Assembly: GCA_040377305.1 (NCBI GenBank)
Contig: JBEIPA010000028.1
Coordinates: forward strand, 1 to 64,000
Direction of reading: 5' to 3'
Length of the DNA stretch: 64,000 bases
Origin: Flavobacteriales bacterium
Lineage (GTDB): Bacteria > Bacteroidota > Bacteroidia > Palsa-965
Shown here: positions 9,846-18,563 of the stretch, piece after piece
How the letters are laid out: each line of letters begins with the position of its first letter
How positions within the stretch are numbered: position 1 is the stretch's first letter
Made by a program: the position numbers and the translations under genes
Notes under the pieces: model-generated
The model's input: only the letters and a program-made list of their open reading frames with translations
The model's database searches: none
Told to the model about the DNA's origin: nothing

Positions 9846-9956
9846 TTGAGTTTTTTTTAGTTTGTGAAGAATTTAGGATGGATTAGGCATCATGTGGTTA
9901 ACTGGAGTCGTAGTTCATTTTGTTTAGATTAGTGTAGTAAATACAAAACACTCATT

Positions 9957-10622
9957 CACGTTGAAACACAACGTGGAAAACTAATTTTCACTCAGTAATC
10001 CCCCTCCACTACGGGTGAAGTCCGTAATGAAACAACACTAACCGCTGAACTATTCAGCAGTTGCGTCCTGTTCTAATGGAACAGTCTATAAGACCGAAGT
10101 GCTTCACACACGGTGAAAGTCACTTCGGTTGCGATCTCACATGGAACCCACATGAGTGGAACCGATTGCCGGGGGGAATTAGCAATCGTTCCGATCAGAA
10201 TTTCTTAAACGATTTCAGCAGATGGAAATCGAACACAAAGTAACTAGATGCTAAAGCAAAAAAGTGCTAATCTTCTGCCAGTTTATACACGTCAAGTATT
10301 TCTACGCTAGAGTTATTTTCCGAATCTCGTTTGTTTGTTTCTAAACAGCCTGATTTGATTTCCGAATTGTTTAAGTGGTAAACATAATTTCTGTGCGAAC
10401 GGGAACAATGTTGTAAGTAGACATTGTTCCCGTTCCTCTCGGAATTGTCCTGACCGCATAACCCCTTATTGAGCCAGTCCAACACGCACAGGAGGGGACT
10501 GCCGAAGCAGTAGTATTGTGCATCTACAATATCCGCTAATACAAATGGGGGCGCGGACACGCGGATCGTCCGCAATGGCGGTACTGGATACCGATGCGCA
10601 GGACAAGTCCACAGCCCGCGCC
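9957..10622 (-). ncRNA. Candidate structured RNA / long 5' leader
   Basis: More than 12 inverted repeats, a cUUCGg and a GAGA tetraloop on the minus strand, and crossing helices. Lies between a minus-strand promoter (10733-10726) and the ATG at 9845. Confidence 0.5.
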
Positions 10623-10725
10623 TTTTACGCGAGCGTGCAACTTGTAATTCCTGCGCTTTTGAAATTTTCCAGTTTTCCATTTGCAGAACTACAGCTAAAC
10701 GCTGTTTAAAATCTCACTAACAGGT

Positions 10726-10733
10726 CAAATATA
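10726..10733 (-). promoter_or_regulatory. Bacteroidota -7 promoter element TATATTTG
   Basis: Exact TAnnTTTG on the minus strand, pointing to the T9SS genes. Confidence 0.55.
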
Positions 10734-10745
10734 TAAATTATTTGA

Positions 10746-10774
10746 AATAGTGTCACCTAAAAGATGACACTATT
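10746..10774. promoter_or_regulatory. Operator-like palindrome
   Basis: aatagtgtca-N9-tgacactatt, perfect 10-bp arms, between divergent units next to an XRE gene. Confidence 0.65.
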
Positions 10775-10835
10775 GACACCCTAATGGGGACGGTATATTA
10801 ACCGTCTCAGAACTCCTTTTAGGCAGTTTTGCCCT

Positions 10836-11126
10836 ATGGTAATCCATATTGGAAATAAGATAAGGCAGATTGCAGATCAGAAGGGTTTAAAGATTGCCGA
10901 ATTAGGTCGTCGTATTAACACGGCTCGGCAAAACGTTTACAAGATTCTTTCAAAGAAAACGATAGATACAGGCTTGCTGTTGAAGATTTCAAAAGTGCTT
11001 GAGTACGATTTCTTTCAACACTACACATCGCTCAAAGACGAAAACCAAAAGCTCCGTGAAGACAATGCTCTGCTAAAAGAGATGATTGAACTCCTGAAAG
11101 AAAAAGGCGCTAAGAAAAAGAAGTGA
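10836..11126 (+). CDS. XRE-family HTH regulator with C-terminal coiled coil
   Basis: HIGNKIRQ..KGLKIAELGRRINTARQNVYKI..IDT.LL.KIS.VL.YDFF. Confidence 0.9.
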   Translation: MVIHIGNKIRQIADQKGLKIAELGRRINTARQNVYKILSKKTIDTGLLLKISKVLEYDFFQHYTSLKDENQKLREDNALLKEMIELLKEKGAKKKK

Positions 11127-11147
11127 CAATTTACAGAGACGAAACGA

Positions 11148-11993
11148 TTAGGCTCTAGTGAATTTTACTTCGCGTAATTTATCCGGTGGTTCTTCAAATA
11201 TAAAGTTGGTATTGCTATTAAGTTCATAAAAGATTATTTGGGGAGTCGTTTTGTATGGAGTTAAACTGGCTACGGCACTTTTCAGCTGTGCCTTGCATTC
11301 ATTATACAAGTTTTCTTCCAATTGCTTATCAGTTTCCCAGCCTTCTATAATAAAAGGAGACACTTTCAATTTGCAATTATCTTCAAGTTCTTTGATTTTT
11401 TCTTGTGATGTCTTGATATTTTGTAATCCAAAAAAAACGTTGTCATGAGGAATAGATGGCTGCTTTCTTCCAATAATGCTAAAGCCAAGAGCCATGTAAA
11501 TTCCAAAAACATTTTTTCCGTTTTCTCTACCGAAAAGCGAAATAGTTGTCACTTGAGTTTGGCTATTCTGAAGCGTTATTGATTCCTTTGCTATTTGCAA
11601 AAGTTCCGGTTCATTTTCCAAATGCTTGAACAGATCCTCCTGCTTCAATACACCATTTCCATCGTTAAACCTTGGTATGAGTGCGGATAACGTCCGAATA
11701 TTTTCAATCAGTTTTTCATGATTGGAATTGAAAATAAATTGTAAATCGCCTTCAACCGCGTCGTATGTTTTATTAGTATTCTGGATACTTAATATGTATT
11801 TGTAGATGTCCGTAATTTTGTGCGGTATACCGATTATAGAAATTGCAGTCTCATCGGATATTCGGTACACTTTCTTAGCATCAGTCAGAGTAAGCCTGAG
11901 TTGCTGATCTGCTTCCCCAATTGTTATTTCGAGGTTTTTATCCACGGCAATTAGGATGAAATTATTTGTAACAACGTATCCTAGGCTTTCCAT
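11148..11993 (-). CDS. Hypothetical protein, possible Ntn-hydrolase/proteasome-beta-like fold
   Basis: Probable start MESLGYVV. The pattern ILIAVD....KKVYRI...AISIIG resembles the beta-subunit AD/KI/G motif spacing. Confidence 0.6.
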   Translation of the reverse strand: MESLGYVVTNNFILIAVDKNLEITIGEADQQLRLTLTDAKKVYRISDETAISIIGIPHKITDIYKYILSIQNTNKTYDAVEGDLQFIFNSNHEKLIENIRTLSALIPRFNDGNGVLKQEDLFKHLENEPELLQIAKESITLQNSQTQVTTISLFGRENGKNVFGIYMALGFSIIGRKQPSIPHDNVFFGLQNIKTSQEKIKELEDNCKLKVSPFIIEGWETDKQLEENLYNECKAQLKSAVASLTPYKTTPQIIFYELNSNTNFIFEEPPDKLREVKFTRA

Positions 11994-12390
11994 ATTCTCT
12001 TGTTTGTATGATTTCACGAATATAGCCCCAAAAAAACAGAACACTTTGTCTGACGACATGGTTAGAATATTGACTGTTGATTTTGAGGGTGGGGCTGAAC
12101 TTGCTTTTCACATATTGGAACGGCTGCCGAATTCACAATAAAACGTACCAATTGTCAATTTGGGTGTAACAAACTTTATACCTCTGCGTTTTATAACCAG
12201 TACGCTGAAAGAATAGATCATCTTAACAATTTATGCGGTCAACATAAACCCAATGCCGAACCTTAAAACGTGCCGCCCATGATGAATCTGTGAAAAAGAA
12301 TTCCACGAAAAGTCTCCCCGTAATTTTATCCTAAACTTGAAGTGATCTCATGTCCGAAAGGTTTTTGAATAAGGGAAAAGAAAGTACACG

Positions 12391-12633
12391 ATGTTTCATG
12401 TACGCCCTTACAAAGTCAAAGAACTGGCGTCTCTATATCATATCAATCTAAGGACTTTTCAGCGGTGGCTTTACCGCATTAGAACTAAGCTAGGAAAGAT
12501 CGAAGGTCAGTATTTAATGATCGAGCAGGTCGAGATAATAATCAGTCATTACAAGATGCCCTATTTTATACAGGTCGAAGTTGTAAGTGAAGATGAGGCT
12601 GAAAGTAACGGCAGTAAAACTAGATCAGCATAA
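12391..12633 (+). CDS. Small HTH protein, DUF4248-like
   Basis: KELASLY.IN.RTF.RWL...QVE.I..H pattern. Confidence 0.7.
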   Translation: MFHVRPYKVKELASLYHINLRTFQRWLYRIRTKLGKIEGQYLMIEQVEIIISHYKMPYFIQVEVVSEDEAESNGSKTRSA

Positions 12634-12757
12634 CCCTGAATTCGATTTCAATGTTCAAAGTAAGAACCTATCAGTGGCAGGGATAACTACCCGCAAACCT
12701 GAGCCTATGCCAACGAAAAGTGTTTGATAGAGTCGTGCAGAAAGTGTTGCGCAAAGG

Positions 12758-12786
12758 AACGCCCCGCAATTGCATTGCGGGGCGTT
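12758..12786. terminator. Intrinsic terminator between convergent genes
   Basis: 13-bp GC-rich stem aacgccccgcaat / attgcggggcgtt followed by a T-tract. Confidence 0.8.
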
Positions 12787-12793
12787 TATTTTT

Positions 12794-14086
12794 TCATTGC
12801 TCAGACAAGTTGTCCAGCGGAATCCAACCAGTGAATTCTTCCGTCCCGGGATTTGGAATGTAACGGACTTTGACCCACTTCTGGTAAGTGTACAGAACCT
12901 CCACAGAAGCCGATGCTGGTAGATTTACAATTACAGCAGAACGACCTTTGGGCTCTGCAACTAACTTGCACTGAACTATCGTTGTTAGTCGCGTTTCTGT
13001 TGGCATATTATCTTGAACTTCCTGTAACAAACTCATAATCGCTGCATATTCTTTCGCCTGCCTTGCTTCCGCCCTTTTCTGTAAGGCGATATTTTGTTTA
13101 TTGCCTGCATTAATGCGTTCAGACTGTTCCTTGAATCGTGCATCAACGTACTCCTCAGTTGTTACGGGATGAGCGAAGGCATCATAAGCCGCGTAAACAG
13201 CGTAGATCGTTAGCACAAATTGAAGAAATAAATATGCTGCCTTTACATCCTTGTGATCCTTAAATCGAGTCAACGAAGCAACAATCGAGCTCGCGACCTG
13301 TTTTAGTTTCTTAGCTGATATTCTTTTACTCTTAATTGCACCACGCGAAATAGACGTGTTTACCTGTGCAAAATCTTCAAGCAGTTTCCATTGCTTGTTT
13401 TCAATTGCGAAATCCGTCAAGTGAACTGTTAACGGAATCACTGGTACTTGCAGAAGTTCTAGGCCAAGACCTTTAACGTTAGCATTAAAACCATCAATAC
13501 CTTTAACAACATTGACAGAACTGCCATGCAGACGAACAATAGCATCAAAAGCACTTTTAGGAGCGCTCACTGATGACAGCCGACCGAATAGTAAGTCAGT
13601 ACCTAAAGGTACTTTGACTGCATCGTAAGCTCCAGTAGCAAATGCAATTGAATTTATGGTATTGAGACTCTTGGTGAGGTCATCCAATACCTTTGGGATT
13701 TTACTGCAATTTTCAATAGCAAGGTTAAAGTCCGTTGCAAACACCTTTTCAGGCAAAGTATTTCGGAAAGCTAGATTTGAATTTGCAAGAACATCTATGC
13801 TCTCAAAAAAATTACGTGTCTTACTGGCACGGGTGTCCACTTGGTTCACGTTCAAGAGATACTTATCCAAAGCATTTGCCTTCTCAAAACTTTGAAGATA
13901 AGTGCTGATTTTATCATGACCATCTAAAGTCTTTTTTACCGAAAGGGAGAAAAGCTCATCATAATTTGTCACCGCTATCCTGCGATCTAATTTGCTCTGG
14001 AATAGATCTGTAAAGTGGAACGCTGATAGCCCTGTTCCTAAACCATCACCAGACCACGTTCCCAAATCACTTATACGCCTGCTCAT
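12794..14086 (-). CDS. Hypothetical protein with internal TM and C-terminal bacterial SH3-like domain
   Basis: C-terminus L...P...S.VI..L....VEVL....KWVKVRY....GWI. Confidence 0.75.
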   Translation of the reverse strand: MSRRISDLGTWSGDGLGTGLSAFHFTDLFQSKLDRRIAVTNYDELFSLSVKKTLDGHDKISTYLQSFEKANALDKYLLNVNQVDTRASKTRNFFESIDVLANSNLAFRNTLPEKVFATDFNLAIENCSKIPKVLDDLTKSLNTINSIAFATGAYDAVKVPLGTDLLFGRLSSVSAPKSAFDAIVRLHGSSVNVVKGIDGFNANVKGLGLELLQVPVIPLTVHLTDFAIENKQWKLLEDFAQVNTSISRGAIKSKRISAKKLKQVASSIVASLTRFKDHKDVKAAYLFLQFVLTIYAVYAAYDAFAHPVTTEEYVDARFKEQSERINAGNKQNIALQKRAEARQAKEYAAIMSLLQEVQDNMPTETRLTTIVQCKLVAEPKGRSAVIVNLPASASVEVLYTYQKWVKVRYIPNPGTEEFTGWIPLDNLSEQ

Positions 14087-14374
14087 CTTGGGTAAATTTT
14101 AAGGTTACACTCTACTTTCAAATTTACTGCACTGAATACTACTTTTCACAAAATGGACTAATAAAACTGTCCTACTGAGGTTCGCAAACTGAACCAAACA
14201 TCCCAAAACTCAGCTAACCTGCGACCCACCTCGCCAAACCTTGACATCACCCTTTTTCACTGGCGTAATTTTGTACAACCGAAATGAAGAGTGCGAACGT
14301 GATGTTGACGGCTTGCATCTGGTGTGCGAACCTTGATTTTGCAGGACTTGCCGACTATGCAATATAGGGAGGTC

Positions 14375-14722
14375 TTACAACGAAAAAACCGGACTAGTTG
14401 TTGAAGAAACAACCGAATCCGGTTTAGTAGCCCTAAGCGGACAAATATCGAACTTTTTAATAACGGTTTTAAGATACCAGTCGCCGTAAACGTCGAACCC
14501 AAAAAAGTCGCTGGCATAATGGTTCCTCTTCGACTTGTCGCGATCAAGCCGAACTGTGTGTTCATTCACCACAACGTCCTCTACAGAATTGCTCACTGAA
14601 TACAACGTTCCGATTGGAGTTTGGAGGATTTTCCATTCGCTATTGGAGCATTCCAGTAGAGCAAGTGCTTCACTCGTTGCAACGCACGTATAGCCGCCCT
14701 GCACAATAAACCGATGATACAT
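14375..14722 (-). CDS. Hypothetical protein
   Basis: 115-aa ATG ORF co-oriented with its neighbours; no motif recognised. Confidence 0.5.
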   Translation of the reverse strand: MYHRFIVQGGYTCVATSEALALLECSNSEWKILQTPIGTLYSVSNSVEDVVVNEHTVRLDRDKSKRNHYASDFFGFDVYGDWYLKTVIKKFDICPLRATKPDSVVSSTTSPVFSL

Positions 14723-14810
14723 GATGTTAGGATTTGATCAGTATCGAAGGTTATGTTGGTTTTTAGGAAGTCCGACTAAGAAAATTAGTTTTCTGTTAAG
14801 GATCAGAATT

Positions 14811-15200
14811 TCACCAAAGACCAATCATGAGTAGTCCGGAACATACAACAAAAAATAGCACCACAGAAAAACACCCGCCGCTGTTTCGGGATGCATCCTT
14901 AATCACATCATCCGTTGATTTTTTAGCATAAATAAAAACACTACTGCCGTGCCCATGTTGATAGGAGAGTTTGCTCAAGTGATAGCCCTTCCTAAGAAAA
15001 TATTCGACGACACTTACGGCCGCCGCGCTAGTCCGTAAATTCTCAAAATGCCAATGCTCCGGCAAGTCGGCTTGTGGCTTGACGTTGTGTTCTTCATCAA
15101 ACGTATAACCAGCGTAAAGAGTGTAATCTGAAGGAACATCCTTAAATGAATCTTCGACAGCTTTAATGAATTTTTCTGTATGTAATTCTACGCTGGACAT
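14811..15200 (-). CDS. Hypothetical protein with C-terminal TM anchor
   Basis: 129 aa ending SGGCFSVVLFFVVCSGLLMIGLW. Confidence 0.65.
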   Translation of the reverse strand: MSSVELHTEKFIKAVEDSFKDVPSDYTLYAGYTFDEEHNVKPQADLPEHWHFENLRTSAAAVSVVEYFLRKGYHLSKLSYQHGHGSSVFIYAKKSTDDVIKDASRNSGGCFSVVLFFVVCSGLLMIGLW

Positions 15201-15545
15201 GAAATAATCAGTGTGTTAAAACCAATTAACCTGATTTCAGAGTTGCTCCTGTCGCTTATATCCAGGGGGGCACTCTTTGTGGAATAAACCTCAGAAGGGT
15301 TTCCCCTCCTGAACATTCATAGCTTGCATCTTACGCTAGTTCATCACAATTTAATCCATTGGGGAAACAAAACAAAATGTCAGTCACATTATCTGTAACT
15401 AGCATTCTTCATTCTTGCAGCCCTGAGTGAGCAGATAACTAACTTTATAGTGGGTGATTTGGCTAAAATGGCAGATTAGCCGTTTACAAACGTTTGCTCC
15501 CGACTAGGGTGGGACATTTGGTCTACGTTTGATAAAACAACAAAA

Positions 15546-16172
15546 ATGGAGACAATTAAAAAAACAGGAATATTGTTCGATGGTTATCACACATGGCTGG
15601 GCTTCAAGGATATTTTGGGAGAGAGCAAGTTACATCTGCTAAATTTTACGAAGGCTGAATCTAACCTACGCGCATTTATCAAAGCGGAAATAAATTGGGA
15701 CAGTCAAATTATGTATCGGGGATGGTTCCAAGGAATAAGGAAGGGCTATTTGCCCTATAATGATGTGAAAAAACTCAGAGGTGAGGAGAAGGAAGGCCTT
15801 ATGAGGATAATCAATAAATACCATAGGGATCGAGAATTGCATTGGGCTTTAATTGAGGCTGGAATCGAGCCGCTTTGGTTGCAATTAAAAAAACTTCATG
15901 ATGCAAATGACGTTGAAGAGAAAGGGGTTGACGCGGCACTTGTCATAGCTGCACTGAGAAGAGTCGACTTTTACAATTTGGACACATTGATTGTTTTCAC
16001 AAACGATCGGGACTATGAACCGCTCTTTCATAATCTGCGCAAACACAACATTTCAGTGATAACCGTCGATTGTACACCGGAGGGGAGCAGAAACTATGTC
16101 AAGCCGTTTCGTTATGTCGATCGTTCCTTTTACTATAGGGAAATATTTCCAGACGAAAAACACATCAAATAG
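15546..16172 (+). CDS. NYN domain (LabA/DUF88, PIN-fold) protein
   Basis: ILFDG, EEKGVD and FTNDRDY.P acidic motifs. Confidence 0.9.
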   Translation: METIKKTGILFDGYHTWLGFKDILGESKLHLLNFTKAESNLRAFIKAEINWDSQIMYRGWFQGIRKGYLPYNDVKKLRGEEKEGLMRIINKYHRDRELHWALIEAGIEPLWLQLKKLHDANDVEEKGVDAALVIAALRRVDFYNLDTLIVFTNDRDYEPLFHNLRKHNISVITVDCTPEGSRNYVKPFRYVDRSFYYREIFPDEKHIK

Positions 16173-16251
16173 TAATTTACAGTGATACGACGAGTGTTAT
16201 AGATTATCAGTTTACAAGCATTTCCAAATTGCAGGATAATTAGAACTTAAG

Positions 16252-16639
16252 ATGAGCGAATTAAAAAAGAAGCAGCATTATGTTTGGCGGTATTACTTAA
16301 GATCCTGGGCAGTCGATGAGCGCATTTGGACTTACTTTAAGGAGTTGAAAAGTGACGCGCCCCAACCTGATGGGAGTAGGACAGGAGAAATATTTTTACA
16401 AACTGGTCAACCTAACTGACAAGGAGGAACAGTTACTTGAGTTGTTAATCATTGACCTTAGCCCTCCTTCGCTTCAAAAAGCCCATCTGGATTACCTGAA
16501 TATGTTTACAGCTCCGTACAAGCTAAAGGTGATCCTTGATTCTAAAGCAACAACCACCAAGAAAAAACAAATAGTTCAATCTGAAATTAAGAAGCTAGAG
16601 GCATACGCTTCAGTCAAAATTATTTTCCAAGGTCGATAG
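16252..16639 (+). pseudogene. Frameshifted, truncated DUF4238-like gene
   Basis: MSELKKKQHYVWRYYLRSW from ATG 16252, a frame change at the A-run near 16348-16351, then NLMGVGQEKYFY. It runs into the antisense of the GIY-YIG fragment. Confidence 0.7.
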
Positions 16640-16761
16640 CGCAGCGTAAAACCTTTCGTTGCTTTTTCATTGTGCGAAAGGAAACGATCTGCCGGATCTG
16701 AACTGTAACCGGTGTAGTGCTTGTTGTGCTTCTCCGAATATAAAACGTAAACGTACCACAT
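16576..16761 (-). pseudogene. GIY-YIG nuclease (YhbQ/UPF0213-like), C-terminally truncated
   Basis: YVYVLYS...HYTGYS.D...R...HN....FT..YRPW. The expected A..RE..LK catalytic helix is absent. Confidence 0.85.
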
Positions 16762-16763
16762 CT

Positions 16764-16847
16764 ATAAAACAGAAAAGTCTCCCATTTCTGAGAGACTTTC
16801 TTTGTAGACTGGAGGTCCCGAATATCGAACCGTTTTAAGGAGGATTT
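16764..16847. repeat. att-like scar B
   Basis: Second copy of the 84-bp unit at 943-1026, in direct orientation. The GIY-YIG ATG follows it almost immediately on the minus strand. Confidence 0.8.
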
Positions 16848-16936
16848 GAGGGTTTTTGAGGATATGAAGCTGAGAAAGGTTTTAATCTAATACGAAAAGA
16901 CTTGTTTTTGAACCCACCGTAATTCAGTGTAACTTC

Positions 16937-17287
16937 ATGTCCATGAGAACACTATCCACCATTTCGGCAATTGCTTTGCTTGTGATAACCTCCAGCTTTG
17001 CTAAACCCAAGCTTGCAGAGGTTGTTATCAAAACAACGTTTTACTGCAATCACTACGATCAATGTGAAAGCAAGCCTGCTTTGGAGAAAGAGATTATGCT
17101 GACGAGTGGCGTTAAATCGGTAGTGATTGATGGCAAGGCACAAACTATAACAGTACAGTACAAACCGAAGATGGTTACACCGGATAAAATACGCACGGTG
17201 ATTTCAAATGCAGGTTATGATGCCGATACTGTAAAGGCTAATCCGAATGCGTACGATAAGCTCGACGGTTGCTGCAAAAAGAAGTGA
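16937..17287 (+). CDS. Exported heavy-metal-associated (HMA) domain protein
   Basis: Signal peptide, C.H..QC, GVKSV..D.....I.V.Y......I...IS..GYDAD, C-terminal CCKK. Confidence 0.85.
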   Translation: MSMRTLSTISAIALLVITSSFAKPKLAEVVIKTTFYCNHYDQCESKPALEKEIMLTSGVKSVVIDGKAQTITVQYKPKMVTPDKIRTVISNAGYDADTVKANPNAYDKLDGCCKKK

Positions 17288-17330
17288 GTTGCTTCGATTT
17301 CTCGGACAGTTGAAGGGCTAACCCCTTTCT

Positions 17331-18563
17331 TTAAAAATACGAAGCTATTCCAAACTGTAAGGCGGCAGTTCGCGCCGGAGGATTTCCCAACAGATCTGTT
17401 TTCCATTCGTAGCGATAATTTAATCGCAATACTGTTGAGCCACCCGGTCTCCAGCTGATTGCTGGACAAATTGCGTAGATGTGATCAGAGATATTTCCAT
17501 CTGTCTCACGAAATTTTCCAATGTTCCAGTCAGTGTACTCCAACCGTAAAGCAGCATTGATCACCGACTTTTCGTAACCCAAGATTTTTTGTTTCACAAT
17601 GGGCTGGACGATATCCAGAAACCCTCCGAATTGTTTTTCTCCGAATGCCTGCGAGTACGTTTCCGGCACCTGTACCATCACTTGTGCAATTTCTCCAACG
17701 AAAGTTGTGCCGCATTTCGGAATGGTTGCGTTGAAATCAAACGCAAAAACATCAACACGACGCTTTGAATCGAGCGTGAGTCCGTCTTCCTGGAACAGGT
17801 TGTAATATCCGCCCATGTAAGAGAATCCGATTTCGAAAAGCTGACGACGCGCGATTGCAATTTTACCGGTGAAAAGTGGAGTGCCATTGAAACTTTCTTC
17901 AAATCGATCGGCATTTGCTTTTGAAGCACCGAGAAAAGTTCTATTCAGGTCATTCGCGATGATGCTGTGGTCGAATCCATTCGTGAAATAGGCTTCGTAA
18001 CCGAAGGACCATTTTGAAGTGTACATCTTTCCGTGTAATCCTGCTCCCGCATTCGACCATGTTGCAGGGAGCATTTGCGTTGAAGCAATTGGTCGCTCTA
18101 CAAATTCCCAGCGTGGACCATCGTGATTCTGGTTGAACGCACCAATGGGATTCATGATGATTCCAGTTCGCAGATTGAACAAGTGATGAAACTCGAAATC
18201 AACCGCAGCGTATTCGATATTGATTTCCTTCGTGCCATCTTCGAATTCCAATTCGCTTAAGAAACGAATGCGATTCGTCAAAGCTGATGACATGAATACT
18301 GTGAATCGTCGAAACTGAAACGAGAATCCTTCAGCAACTCCGTCTGTGCCGGAATAATTGGTGTTCATTTCCATGTAACCTCCAATGGCAATCGGCGATT
18401 TTCCGAGTTGCAAAAACGGACGATTATAAATCGCATCAGAATTCATGACGGGACGTGATGTATCCGGCGGCACTCTTTTAACAATTGCAGAAGAGTCTTT
18501 TTGTGCGAAAGTGGTCGTTGCAATAAGCAATGCAGAAACCGTTAAGAGCTTAAAGTTGAACAT
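17331..18563 (-). CDS. Outer-membrane porin-like beta-barrel
   Basis: Signal peptide, IGGY.E, F.SELEFE, IEYA.VD, amphipathic strands and a terminal Phe. Confidence 0.8.
   Translation of the reverse strand: MFNFKLLTVSALLIATTTFAQKDSSAIVKRVPPDTSRPVMNSDAIYNRPFLQLGKSPIAIGGYMEMNTNYSGTDGVAEGFSFQFRRFTVFMSSALTNRIRFLSELEFEDGTKEINIEYAAVDFEFHHLFNLRTGIIMNPIGAFNQNHDGPRWEFVERPIASTQMLPATWSNAGAGLHGKMYTSKWSFGYEAYFTNGFDHSIIANDLNRTFLGASKANADRFEESFNGTPLFTGKIAIARRQLFEIGFSYMGGYYNLFQEDGLTLDSKRRVDVFAFDFNATIPKCGTTFVGEIAQVMVQVPETYSQAFGEKQFGGFLDIVQPIVKQKILGYEKSVINAALRLEYTDWNIGKFRETDGNISDHIYAICPAISWRPGGSTVLRLNYRYEWKTDLLGNPPARTAALQFGIASYF

Larger units (their letters stand above)
987..16600. mobile_element. Putative genomic island A (remnant; no recombinase seen)
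   Basis: Starts at scar A and ends at the DUF4238/GIY-YIG break. Cargo is orphans, XRE and DUF4248-like HTH genes, NYN and T9SS proteins. Boundaries are inferred. Confidence 0.55.

Noticed and set aside
9957-10622. Retron msr-msd, group II intron or hammerhead interpretation of the hairpins
   Set aside because: No reverse transcriptase is present in the window, and I could not find a CUGANGA/GAAA core or a domain V motif.
10267-10709. 137-aa (-) and 63-aa (+) ORFs
   Set aside because: No recognisable motif and atypical composition; the sequence is better explained by RNA structure. Not fully excluded.
11130-16250. Integron-like cassette array
   Set aside because: Genes lie on both strands, no recurring attC-like site was seen, and there is no tyrosine integrase.
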